NCBI GenBank assembly: GCA_040397585.1
Contig: JBBAVS010000010.1
Location: 1 to 60,824, forward strand
From: Pirellulales bacterium
GTDB lineage: Bacteria > Planctomycetota > Planctomycetia > Pirellulales > UBA1268
Length of the DNA: 60,824 nucleotides
Direction of reading: 5' to 3'
In this document: in pieces, positions 8,083 through 16,581 of the stretch
How the letters are laid out: each line of letters opens with the position of its first letter
How positions within the stretch are numbered: position 1 is the stretch's first letter
The notes under the pieces: generated by a model
Seen by the model: the letters and a program-made list of their open reading frames with translations, nothing else
Told to the model about the DNA's origin: nothing
Database searches by the model: none
Position numbers and translations under genes: made by a program

Positions 8083-10080
8083 ATGCGCCTCTGCGCCCGC
8101 CGGCTCCCGTGTGTCGTCGTCGTGATCGCCGCCGCCCGCCTCGCCGGCGCCGCCGAGGTGCGGCCCAGCTGGGAGTGTCTGCCGGAGGACACGGCGGCGA
8201 TGGTGCGGATGCCCCAGCCGGCCGAGTTTCTCGAGGCCGTCCGCGGACAGACGAAGTTCGGCGCGGTGGCGCTGGCTGCACCGCGGCTGAAAGCGTCCTG
8301 GAGCATGCTCGTCGATGCGGCGCGGAAAGACGCCCGGGGAGCCACCCTGCCCGACTTCGACGAGCAGCTCGCCACGTATGGGCTCGAACCGAGCGACCTG
8401 CAGGCTGCGTTTCGCGACGACCTGGGCGCCGGAGTCGTCGTCCGCCGCCGCGACGACGGCCTGCCGCCCCTGGTGATGGCGCTGGCGTGGCTGGAGCCGG
8501 GCGCGGAGCCGGCAGCGCGGCTGGTCACCGCGATGCAGCGGCGCGTCGAGGAGCGGAACGCCGCCGGCGAACCCGACGCACCGAAGCGGATCGACATCGA
8601 CGTCGCCGGCCACGAGGTGCTCTGGATGGTGGAGCCCATCCTGACGGTGGACACCGAGGGGCTCGACGTCGACGCCCAGGGCGAAGCGTTCGATGCCGAC
8701 GAGTTCAAGAAGCGGCTCGCCGAGCGGGTCGAGGCCCTGCGCGAGCGGATCCGCAACGGCCGGTTCGTGCAGGTCGGCGAGACGCACACCTTCCTGGCGC
8801 GGCTGGGTAGCCGCCTGCTGGCCGGTCAGACGATTCCCGATCCGGCCGCCGGCGCCCGCCGCGGCGCCGACGGAGACCGCGATTTCGCGGTGGAAAGCGG
8901 TGCCGAGGAGGCCCGCAGGGCGTTCGAGCAGTTCCTCGCGGCCCACGCGGAGTCGGGCCCGGCCCCGCTGGCCGAGGTGCTCGCCGTTCCCGGCATGGCG
9001 GCGGCGCTGCCGCCGGGCGTTCCGCTCCTCGACGTGGTCGTCGATCCGCGCGTCCTCGTGAACGCCTACGGCCACGAGCCCACCAAGGCGGCGCTGGGGA
9101 TGATCGGGGCCGACACGCTGGGGCCGGTCGCCTGGCGACAAACCCTCGACGATGGCCGCTACCGTGGCGGGCTGTTCGCCTCGCTGCCGGCCCCGCGGAG
9201 GAGCCTGATGCGCCTCCTCGACCAGGAGTGCGACGCCGCGGAGGTGCCGTCGTTCGTGACTCGCGAGGCGATCGACTTCTCGCAGATCTCGCTCGATCTC
9301 GGCAAGGCCTACGAGACCGTCAAGGAATATGCGGTGGCCACCGGTGGCGAGCAGACGGCGAACATGTTCACCGCGGTCGAGATGCAGGCCCAGGGGTGGC
9401 TGGGCGTCGAACTCCCGCGGGTGCTCGCATCGCTGGGCACACGCCACTGGCTGGTGAGCTACCCGCCGAGGGTCGCGGAGGCCTTCGCGGAGGCGCGGCA
9501 GGCACGCGGCCGCGCCGGCGGCCAGCAGGCGCGGCAGATCGCCGACCGCTTGGCCGTGGTCTGGCAGATCAGCGACGACGGTCCGCTGGGCAAGATCCTG
9601 CAGCGGCTCGCCGGCATGGCCGGCGGCGAACTCCAGGAGGAGCAGGGCTTTCGCGGTGTCCGCCTCCCCGACGGACCGGCCGTGTTCCTCGGACAGGATC
9701 ACCTCGTGGTCGGCATCGGCGCCGACTCCCTCGAGAAGACGCTCACCGCGATCCGCAACCCGCCCGCCGGCGAGGCATCGCTCCGCGAGAGCGATGTGCC
9801 CCGCCGGGCCGCCGAGCTGCTCGCACTGGAACCGGCGCGGCTGTTCGGCCTCAGCGACAGTTCGCGGTCGGGCGGCACGCTCGGCGTGCTCCGCGAGATG
9901 CTGCGGTCGCTCGAGCCGGAGGACGTCGAGGAGTCGTACCGCGACCTGCTCGCGACCGCGCAGAAACTGCTGCCGAGTGACGACGAGATGGAGGGCATGT
10001 TCGGCGTCGGCGCCACCACGCTCCGCGCCGACGACGACGGCGTGTCGTTTCAGACCGCCTGGGAAATGCCGGCGCCGTAG
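8083..10080 (+). CDS. Hypothetical secreted protein (665 aa), third gene of the FG-GAP/protease operon
   Basis: Signal-peptide-like N-terminus MRLCARRLPCVVVVIAAARLAGAAEV and coding-like composition throughout. Same strand, 54 bp after the protease gene. No domain recognised by eye. Confidence 0.65.
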   Translation: MRLCARRLPCVVVVIAAARLAGAAEVRPSWECLPEDTAAMVRMPQPAEFLEAVRGQTKFGAVALAAPRLKASWSMLVDAARKDARGATLPDFDEQLATYGLEPSDLQAAFRDDLGAGVVVRRRDDGLPPLVMALAWLEPGAEPAARLVTAMQRRVEERNAAGEPDAPKRIDIDVAGHEVLWMVEPILTVDTEGLDVDAQGEAFDADEFKKRLAERVEALRERIRNGRFVQVGETHTFLARLGSRLLAGQTIPDPAAGARRGADGDRDFAVESGAEEARRAFEQFLAAHAESGPAPLAEVLAVPGMAAALPPGVPLLDVVVDPRVLVNAYGHEPTKAALGMIGADTLGPVAWRQTLDDGRYRGGLFASLPAPRRSLMRLLDQECDAAEVPSFVTREAIDFSQISLDLGKAYETVKEYAVATGGEQTANMFTAVEMQAQGWLGVELPRVLASLGTRHWLVSYPPRVAEAFAEARQARGRAGGQQARQIADRLAVVWQISDDGPLGKILQRLAGMAGGELQEEQGFRGVRLPDGPAVFLGQDHLVVGIGADSLEKTLTAIRNPPAGEASLRESDVPRRAAELLALEPARLFGLSDSSRSGGTLGVLREMLRSLEPEDVEESYRDLLATAQKLLPSDDEMEGMFGVGATTLRADDDGVSFQTAWEMPAP

Positions 10081-10142
10081 CCCGCGGCGCACAAGGGCCG
10101 ACGTCGGTGCAGTTCGGCCATAGGCATCGAACGTTCGCGAGG

Positions 10143-10574
10143 CCCCGCAGCCGGCCGGAGACATGCTCGGCGCCGGCGGCACTTGTGAGTTCGAGGCTCT
10201 GACGGAATGTCCGCGCCCGGCGTCCACAAGTGTCACCGTCTTCTGCGCGTGCCTCCGATCCGGCTGCTGCCCCCACACCATGAACTCAGCGAGGGGCTGA
10301 CCGTACCCCGAGAGCCGGGCTATGGGCGGGCACCGATCCGCCGCAGGCGGATTGGTCGGCGGAGCCAGGATGGCGAAGCGCAGCGGACATGCAGAGAGCG
10401 TCGGGCAGGATGCCCGACGCGAACGTCCGGCGACGGGGTATGGTCAGCCCCGAGCGGCGCAGCGCACAGGTTGAAAACCTGTGCCCACGTGGCGACGGGG
10501 CATGGGCAGCCCCGAGCGGCGCGGCGGCACCAGGCGGGGATGGGATCCCGCAGGTTGAAAACCTGCGGCCACTT
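10143..10574 (+). repeat. Intergenic modular repeat, copy A1 (long form)
   Basis: Shares an identical 39-mer (10143-10181 = 27416-27454) and several long near-identical blocks with 27416-27841. Shares its core with 19229-19466 and 24563-24812. Contains hairpins at 10399-10419, 10464-10484 and 10548-10568. Fills the gap between convergent genes and ends 12 nt from the sbcC stop. Confidence 0.9.
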
Positions 10575-10586
10575 CGGGGCCGGGAG

Positions 10587-13286
10587 TCAGATGCCGACGA
10601 TCTCGGTGCGGAACGCATCGCCGCGACGCACGATCCGCAGCTGGGCGGGAATCGCCCGCTGCATCTCGTCGACGTGCGAGATCACCCCCACGACGCGGCC
10701 TTCGTCGCGGAGCGACGCGAGGGTGGCCAGCGCGTACTCGAGCGTCTCGGCGTCGAGCGAGCCGAACCCCTCGTCGATGAACACCGTCTCCAGCCGCCGC
10801 CCGCCCTGATGCCGTTCCGCCGTGCGGGCCAGCGCCAGCGAGAGCGCGAGCGAGGCCATGAACGTCTCGCCGCCGGAGAGCGTGCGGGCGGGACGGCGGG
10901 TGCCGTTCCAGGTGTCGAGCACGTCGATGTCGAGGCCGGCGAGCGACTTCCTGTCGGCACCAGACGCCGCCCGCAGGAGCTCGTAGCGGCCGCGGGTCAT
11001 CGTCCTGAGCAGCTCCGTCGCCTCCGCCACAACCTCCTCCAGCACCGCGCCGAGCACCCAGCGATGCAGGGAGACCTTGTCTTCCGCATGGGCCATGCCC
11101 GACACCATCTGGTGGAGGCGATACGACGTCTGGAACGCCGCGTCGGCCGCAGCGGACCGCGCCGCCACGTCGGCGTGCCGGCCCGCGAGCCCGCGCGACT
11201 CCTGGAGGAGTGTCCGCGCCGATTCGTCCTCCGTCCGGGCCCGGTCGACCGCGCCGGTGAGTTGCCGCTGGGTGGCCTCGACCGCCGCGACGTCCGGCTC
11301 CGGCCGGCCGTCGAGGGCGGCAACCGCGGCCGCCAGCGCATCGGCCGCGGCCACGGCTTCCCGATCCGCGGCGGCCAGCGCGGCCGTCAGCGACGCGATC
11401 GTGGCTGGATCCCGGTCCGCGGCGGCGAGTTCGTCGGCGGTGGAGAAGGGTGACGCGGCGAGCGCCGCATCGAACCGCTCCCGCGCGGCAGCGGCCTTCT
11501 CCGCGAGCAGGCCCGCGGCCCCGCGCGCCGCCGCCCGCGCCTCGTCGGCTCGCTGGGCCGCGGCACGGGCCTCGTCGACGCCGCGGCGGGCGGTCCGCAG
11601 GCCGCGGTCCAGCGCCGCGCGGCTCTCCTCGAGCGTCTTGCGTTCGGCCTCGAGCAACTTCATGTCGGGCGGCGCCGGCATGGCGGCCAGCGCCGCGCGC
11701 GTCGCCTTGGTGGCCGCCTCCGCGGCGGCGAGCGTCGCCTGCATGGTCGCGGCGGCCTTCGTGGCCGCCTCGCAGGCCGCACGGGCCTCGGCCTGCCGCC
11801 CGCGGAGCGCCTCGAGCGCCGCCTCCGTCGGGGCATGCACGGTGGGCGCGGCGAGCCGCGGATGCTCCGTGCTGCCACACACGGGGCAGGCTGCGTGATC
11901 GGCCAACTCCGCCGCGAGCCGGGCCGCGGTGCCGGCGAGGTACCGGCCGGTCGCATCCGCCAGATCGGCTTCCACCTGCTGCAGCGCGTCGGCCGCAGCG
12001 CAGGCCGACGCAGCGGCCGTCCGCGAGGCCGCGACCGCCAGCGCCTCGCGGGATTTGGCGGCGGTGACGGTCTGGCCCGCCGCCTCGAATCGCTCCCGGG
12101 CGAGCGTCGCATCCTCGAGTCGCGTGGCGATCTCCCCGAGCCGCTGATCGATGGCGGTTGTCCGCGCGGCGGCCTGCTCCGCCGCCGTGCAGGCGGCCGC
12201 CCGCGCCGCCACGACCTCCGCGGTTGCGGCGGCGGCCTGGTCACGCTCCCGCTCCAGGGCCTCGGCGGTGGCCTGTTGGGTGGCGAGCGCCCGCCACTCG
12301 CGGAGCAGCCGCGCCGGCTCGCGGGCTTCGAGCGCGGCCGCGAGCACGGCCCGATCGGCAGCCCGGCGGGCGCGTTCGTCCTGCGCCCGGTGGTCGCGTT
12401 CCCGCGCCCCCTTCACGCCCTTGGCCAGCCGCTCGATCTCGCGCGCCTGCCCCAGGGCCTCGGTCGCTGAGGCATGCTGCCGGGTCACCTCCGTCAGCCG
12501 GGCCGCGGTGGCCGCGGCCGACTCCGTCGCGGCGGCGATCCGTTCCTGAAGCGCCGCCGCGACCGCGGTGTCGTCCAGGGCCGCCGCCCAGGCATGCCCG
12601 TGGAGCAGCGCCTCTCGTTCGCGCTGAACCGCGTCACGGTCGACATGCGCGCCGCTGCGTCGGGCCGCGACGAGCGTTTCGAACCGCTCGAAGGCATCGG
12701 TGCCGAAGATCCGCTTGAGCAGCTCTTCGCGGGCCTCGCCGGATGCGACCAAAACATCCCGAAACCGGCCCTGCGGGATCACGACCACGCGGCGAAACTG
12801 CTCCGCGGTGAACCCGGTGATGGCATGAACCTGATCGGTGACGTCGCGGACCTTCGTGGCGATCGGCTCCCAGGCCCCCGGGCTCCCTGCCGGCTCGTCG
12901 GTCTGGCGATAGAGCACCGCCTTGGCCGGCTCCCGCGTGCTGCCTCCGCCGCGGAGCGCCGCCCGCTCGTACTCCGGATTGCGTTCGCAGCGGTAGGTGC
13001 GGCCGCCGACGCTGAACGCCAGATCGACCTTCGTCTTCTGCTCGGCCGCCGATCGCGTGCACCGCAGCTCCGCACCGCTCCGGCCGTCGATCTGTCCCTT
13101 GGCCTGCCCTTCGCCGGTGGTCTCGCCGAACAGCGCGTAGCAGAGGGCGTCGAGGATCGTCGTCTTGCCCGCGCCGGTCGGGCCGGAGAGCAGGAACAGG
13201 CCGGCCGAACCGAGGCGGTCGAAGTCGATCACTTCCTCCCCCGCGAACGGCCCGAAGCCGGCGATCGAGAGCCTGTGGAACCTCAT
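10587..13286 (-). CDS. sbcC: Exonuclease SbcC (Rad50-like SMC ATPase)
   Basis: N-terminus MRFHRLSIAGFGPFAGEEVIDF...LLSGPTGAGKTTILDALCYALFG (Walker A). Long Ala/Glu/Arg coiled coil with the zinc hook CPVCGSTEHP. C-terminal LSGGETFMASLALSLAL and VFIDEGFGSLD (signature and Walker B). Overlaps sbcD by 4 bp. Confidence 0.9.
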   Translation of the reverse strand: MRFHRLSIAGFGPFAGEEVIDFDRLGSAGLFLLSGPTGAGKTTILDALCYALFGETTGEGQAKGQIDGRSGAELRCTRSAAEQKTKVDLAFSVGGRTYRCERNPEYERAALRGGGSTREPAKAVLYRQTDEPAGSPGAWEPIATKVRDVTDQVHAITGFTAEQFRRVVVIPQGRFRDVLVASGEAREELLKRIFGTDAFERFETLVAARRSGAHVDRDAVQREREALLHGHAWAAALDDTAVAAALQERIAAATESAAATAARLTEVTRQHASATEALGQAREIERLAKGVKGARERDHRAQDERARRAADRAVLAAALEAREPARLLREWRALATQQATAEALERERDQAAAATAEVVAARAAACTAAEQAAARTTAIDQRLGEIATRLEDATLARERFEAAGQTVTAAKSREALAVAASRTAAASACAAADALQQVEADLADATGRYLAGTAARLAAELADHAACPVCGSTEHPRLAAPTVHAPTEAALEALRGRQAEARAACEAATKAAATMQATLAAAEAATKATRAALAAMPAPPDMKLLEAERKTLEESRAALDRGLRTARRGVDEARAAAQRADEARAAARGAAGLLAEKAAAARERFDAALAASPFSTADELAAADRDPATIASLTAALAAADREAVAAADALAAAVAALDGRPEPDVAAVEATQRQLTGAVDRARTEDESARTLLQESRGLAGRHADVAARSAAADAAFQTSYRLHQMVSGMAHAEDKVSLHRWVLGAVLEEVVAEATELLRTMTRGRYELLRAASGADRKSLAGLDIDVLDTWNGTRRPARTLSGGETFMASLALSLALARTAERHQGGRRLETVFIDEGFGSLDAETLEYALATLASLRDEGRVVGVISHVDEMQRAIPAQLRIVRRGDAFRTEIVGI

Positions 13287-14425
13287 GCCCGGTCCTCCCC
13301 CTGCAGTGCCCGCTCGAGGCAGTCGCGGGCGAGGTCGCGGACGTCGTCGCCGAGCGCGCCGGGATAGCGGGCCGCGAAGAACGCCTCGAGGAACTCCCCT
13401 TCACTCCGCCGCCCGGCCCCGGCCGCGGGTCCACGGGCCGGCGTCTCGACCTCCGGCCGCTCGTGATGAAACTCGAGCAGCTGGGGATAGAGCTGCCGGA
13501 GCGTGTCGTGGCTGCCAGGGATCAGGATCGCATCGGTGACCACGGCCCGCACCAGATCGAGCGGCCGACGGTCGTCCTCCGCGGCCTGCCGCCGCAGGTC
13601 CGCGAACGCGCCCCGGAGCGTCCGCATGCCGTGCTTCTGCGGCAGCGGGATCTCCTCCACGACCACGCCGGCGGCGGCATCGAGCTCGACGAGGCTCACC
13701 GTCTTGTCGTGGTCTTCCTCGGCGAACGAATACCGGGCGAGCGAGCCGCTGTAGCGGATGCGGTCGGTGCCCACGCGATGCGGACGGTGGAGGTGGCCGA
13801 GGGCCGTGTAGGCGAACGGGGCGAAGGCGGCAGGATCGACCGTGGCGATGCCGCCGACGGAGATGTCGCGTTCGGAATCCTTCGTCTCGCGGCCGCCCTG
13901 GGCGAAGAGATGCCCCACGAGCACGTGCCGCTGCGTGCCCGTGACGTCGGCCGAGGCGATCCGCGCCCGCGTCGCCTCGTCGTGCGACCGGACGTCGTCG
14001 CGGCGGAGCTCGTACCGCACCTGCTCGGGGGTGGCATACGGCATGAGATGGAAGCCGACGAGGCCGTGCTCGTCGCCGATGTCCACCCGCTCGACGCCGT
14101 CCCGCGACGTGCCCGCGAGGTAAACGCCCGCCCGCCGCAGCAGGCCGCGGCCAAAGTCGATCCGGCCGCCGCTGTCGTGGTTGCCGGCGATCGCCACCAC
14201 CGGGGCAACCTCGGCGAGCCGCCCCAGGGTGTCGTCGAAGAGCCGCACGGCGTCCTCCGGAGGGACGCCGCGGTCGTAGAGATCGCCCGCGATCACGACC
14301 ACGTGCGGCTGCACGTCGCGGGCGATGCGGACGAGCCCGTCGAGCGCATGCGCCTGCGCGTCGATCAGGTCGAAGCCGGCGAAGACGCGGCCGAGATGCC
14401 AGTCCGCGGTGTGGAGCAAGCGCAT
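13283..14425 (-). CDS. sbcD: Exonuclease SbcD (Mre11-like phosphoesterase)
   Basis: MRLLHTADWHLGR..., VVIAGDLYDR, GNHDS and GHLH are the calcineurin-like nuclease motifs. It lies immediately upstream of sbcC. Confidence 0.92.
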   Translation of the reverse strand: MRLLHTADWHLGRVFAGFDLIDAQAHALDGLVRIARDVQPHVVVIAGDLYDRGVPPEDAVRLFDDTLGRLAEVAPVVAIAGNHDSGGRIDFGRGLLRRAGVYLAGTSRDGVERVDIGDEHGLVGFHLMPYATPEQVRYELRRDDVRSHDEATRARIASADVTGTQRHVLVGHLFAQGGRETKDSERDISVGGIATVDPAAFAPFAYTALGHLHRPHRVGTDRIRYSGSLARYSFAEEDHDKTVSLVELDAAAGVVVEEIPLPQKHGMRTLRGAFADLRRQAAEDDRRPLDLVRAVVTDAILIPGSHDTLRQLYPQLLEFHHERPEVETPARGPAAGAGRRSEGEFLEAFFAARYPGALGDDVRDLARDCLERALQGEDRA

Positions 14426-14479
14426 GCCCGACAGTCTACGGCCGGCCGGTGGCGGGCCAACGGACCGCGGGTCGATGCT

Positions 14480-16420
14480 TCACTTCGGCAGCGGGGCCTG
14501 GTGGCCTGCGGGCACGACTCCCGTCGGGGGCTTCGTGCTGCCGGCGCGGGGCCGGGCGAGGTCGGCCGCCTCGGCCTTCGAGAGGGTCGTCGCCGGCATG
14601 GCGACGGCCCCCGGGGCGGCCCCCGGCGCCGCCCGCGTGGGCGACTGGCTCGTGCCCGCGACGAAGTTGTCGATCGTGGCCGACTCGCGGAGGTGGCTGA
14701 AGTGGCGGGCCATCTCGATCCGCTGCTTCTTCTCGAAGATGTCGTCGTAGAGCTCGTTCCGCACCTCGGCGAACTCCACCTTCGACGGCTCGGTGAAGCC
14801 CTCGCAGAAGATCACCATGAAGCGGTCGGCCACCTGGACGACGCCCGAGAGTTCGCCCGGCTTGAGGGCGAAGGCCTCGCGTTCGAGCGTGGGCTGACCG
14901 CCCCAGCGCTGGATGGGGGGCACCTCGCCGCGGAGCGACCGCGTGGTGGGATCGGCGGAGTAGGTCTCGGCGAGGGTCGCGATCTGCTCGGCCGTGGGGT
15001 TCTGCCGGGCCATCTGCCAGACTTCCTGGGCCCGCCGCTGGTTGTCGAGCACGATGATCCGGCACTTCGCCCGAGCGCCGAAGGTCGCCTGAAACGCCTT
15101 GTCGAGATCCTCCTGGGAGACCGCGACGCCCCCCACGAGCTTCTTGAGGGCCACCGTCGGCCCGACGACGTCCTCGAGGTAGTGCCGCATCGGCACCTTC
15201 TCCTCGCGGGTCACGCGCTCCAGCCAGGCGGCCGTGTCGGCGGTCCCGTCGGCCTTGGTGAATCCCATCTGCGTGGCGGCGCGGGCGATCTCGGCGTCGA
15301 GGTCGGCCTGCACCACCGCCTGCTGCTGCTTCTTCAGAGCCTGCTCGATCAGCGTCCGCGTCACCAGCACCTCGACGACGTCGCGGCCGTAGCGGTCGAG
15401 GCAGACCGCCTTCACCTCGTCGACCGTCACCGGCTGACCGTTGACGAGGGCTGCCACCCCGGGTCGGGCGGCGGCCTTCGCCGGATCGTTCATGATGTTC
15501 TCGACGGTGCTCGCTTCCTGCAGCTTCTTGAAGACCTCGCTCGAAGCCTGGCGGCTCTTCCGCTCCCGAAGCTCCTCCGCGAGGTGCGGCCGGACCTCGT
15601 CGAGCTTCGCGCCCGAGGGGGGCAGGTGACCCTCGCACTTGATCACGATGAACTGGTCGGCCACCTGGACGACCGCGGAGATGCCGCCCTCGGGGAGGGC
15701 GAACGCCGCTTGGTCGAACGCCGGATCGCCGGAGTGCGGCCGGATCGGCTGCACCCAGCCGTTGGCGCTGGCGCTGCCGACATCGACGGAATGCTGACGG
15801 GCGAGGGCCCCGAACTCGTCGGGCGCCTCGAGGGCCTGCTTCCGCACGGCCTCGGCCTCCGGCCGCGTGCGGGAGGCGATGATCCGCGCCTTGACGGCCG
15901 GTCCGAACCGATTTTCGAAGGCCTGCTGAAGCTCCTCGGGAGACGGCTCGACCGCGTCGCGGGCGAGGCTGCGGAGCGCGAGCATCGGCCAGACGATGTC
16001 GTCGGCATACTGCTTGGGCGCGATCCCCCGCTCCTGTTGGATCATCTCCAGCCACTTGTCGCGGGGCACGCTGAATCGCCGCGCCATGGCGTCGATCTCT
16101 CCGCTCACGTCCTGCGGCGTGATCGACAGGCCCTGCCGCTGGCAGGCCTGCTCGATGACGCGGCGATTGACCAGCGTCTCGAGGACGCTGCGGCCGTGGC
16201 GGCCGAGGCATTCGGTCGCGAGCTGGTCGGCGGTGATCTCGACGCCGTTGACGATCGCGACGGGCTTCGCGCCGCTCGCCGCGGCCGGCGCCGCCGGAGG
16301 GGGCGTCGCATCGGCCTCGAGGCTGCCGGTCATCAACCGCCAGCCGATCCCGACGGCCACGATCACCGTGGCGGCCGCCAGCTCGCGGGCCACGCCCCAC
16401 TTCGACGCATCAACTGCCAT
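14480..16420 (-). CDS. Membrane-anchored peptidyl-prolyl isomerase with two parvulin-like domains (SurA/PpiD-like)
   Basis: ATG at 16420 gives MAVDASKWGVARELAAATVIVAVGIGW, an N-terminal TM anchor. Two PpiC-type segments follow (…ISAVVQVADQFIVIKCEG, …LSGVVQVADRFMVIFCEG) with SurA-like chaperone helices between them. The upstream 78 codons of the track ORF are rejected. Confidence 0.85.
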   Translation of the reverse strand: MAVDASKWGVARELAAATVIVAVGIGWRLMTGSLEADATPPPAAPAAASGAKPVAIVNGVEITADQLATECLGRHGRSVLETLVNRRVIEQACQRQGLSITPQDVSGEIDAMARRFSVPRDKWLEMIQQERGIAPKQYADDIVWPMLALRSLARDAVEPSPEELQQAFENRFGPAVKARIIASRTRPEAEAVRKQALEAPDEFGALARQHSVDVGSASANGWVQPIRPHSGDPAFDQAAFALPEGGISAVVQVADQFIVIKCEGHLPPSGAKLDEVRPHLAEELRERKSRQASSEVFKKLQEASTVENIMNDPAKAAARPGVAALVNGQPVTVDEVKAVCLDRYGRDVVEVLVTRTLIEQALKKQQQAVVQADLDAEIARAATQMGFTKADGTADTAAWLERVTREEKVPMRHYLEDVVGPTVALKKLVGGVAVSQEDLDKAFQATFGARAKCRIIVLDNQRRAQEVWQMARQNPTAEQIATLAETYSADPTTRSLRGEVPPIQRWGGQPTLEREAFALKPGELSGVVQVADRFMVIFCEGFTEPSKVEFAEVRNELYDDIFEKKQRIEMARHFSHLRESATIDNFVAGTSQSPTRAAPGAAPGAVAMPATTLSKAEAADLARPRAGSTKPPTGVVPAGHQAPLPK

Positions 16421-16581
16421 GACTGCCCTCCTTGGACGCCGCTTCGACCGGATCGCTCCGCTCGCGGCTCTGAGGAGATAGGCAATCCGGCGATCGCGAT
16501 CAAGCCGAACCGCGGCTCGGGCGTGGACGGCCGCCCGGCGTTCGCGTAGGCTCCCTTCACCCGCTTTCCCAGAGCCCCCAC

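Noticed and set aside
7036-10281. 1081-aa minus-strand ORF, and similar long antisense ORFs (3151-4779, 4559-7057, 13463-16549, 39496-41274, 49597-52311, 51912-54431, 54459-56699)
   Set aside because: Each lies opposite a gene with clear family motifs. None has motifs of its own. Several read straight across intergenic repeats or across two or three unrelated genes.
10420-10574. Possible CRISPR-like array (repeated GGCGACGGGGCATGGGCAGCCCCGAGCGG unit with palindromes)
   Set aside because: There are only two units per locus and no unique spacers of regular length. The whole arrangement, including the 'spacers', is itself repeated at other loci, and no cas genes are present.
10286-10618. Small ORFs inside the repeat elements (also 10207-10809, 19121-19432, 19208-19411, 24588-24833, 24599-24919, 27455-27799)
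   Set aside because: The copies differ by indels that are not multiples of three, and conservation tracks hairpin stems rather than any reading frame. The same element gives 'proteins' in several frames and on both strands. They are best treated as non-coding.
10444-11880. 478-aa and other out-of-frame ORFs inside sbcC (10997-11341, 11077-11898, 11450-12067, 11660-12244, etc.)
   Set aside because: The SbcC frame carries Walker A/B, the signature motif and the CxxC zinc hook. The alternatives arise from the Ala/Arg/Glu-rich coiled-coil coding region, which is open in several frames.
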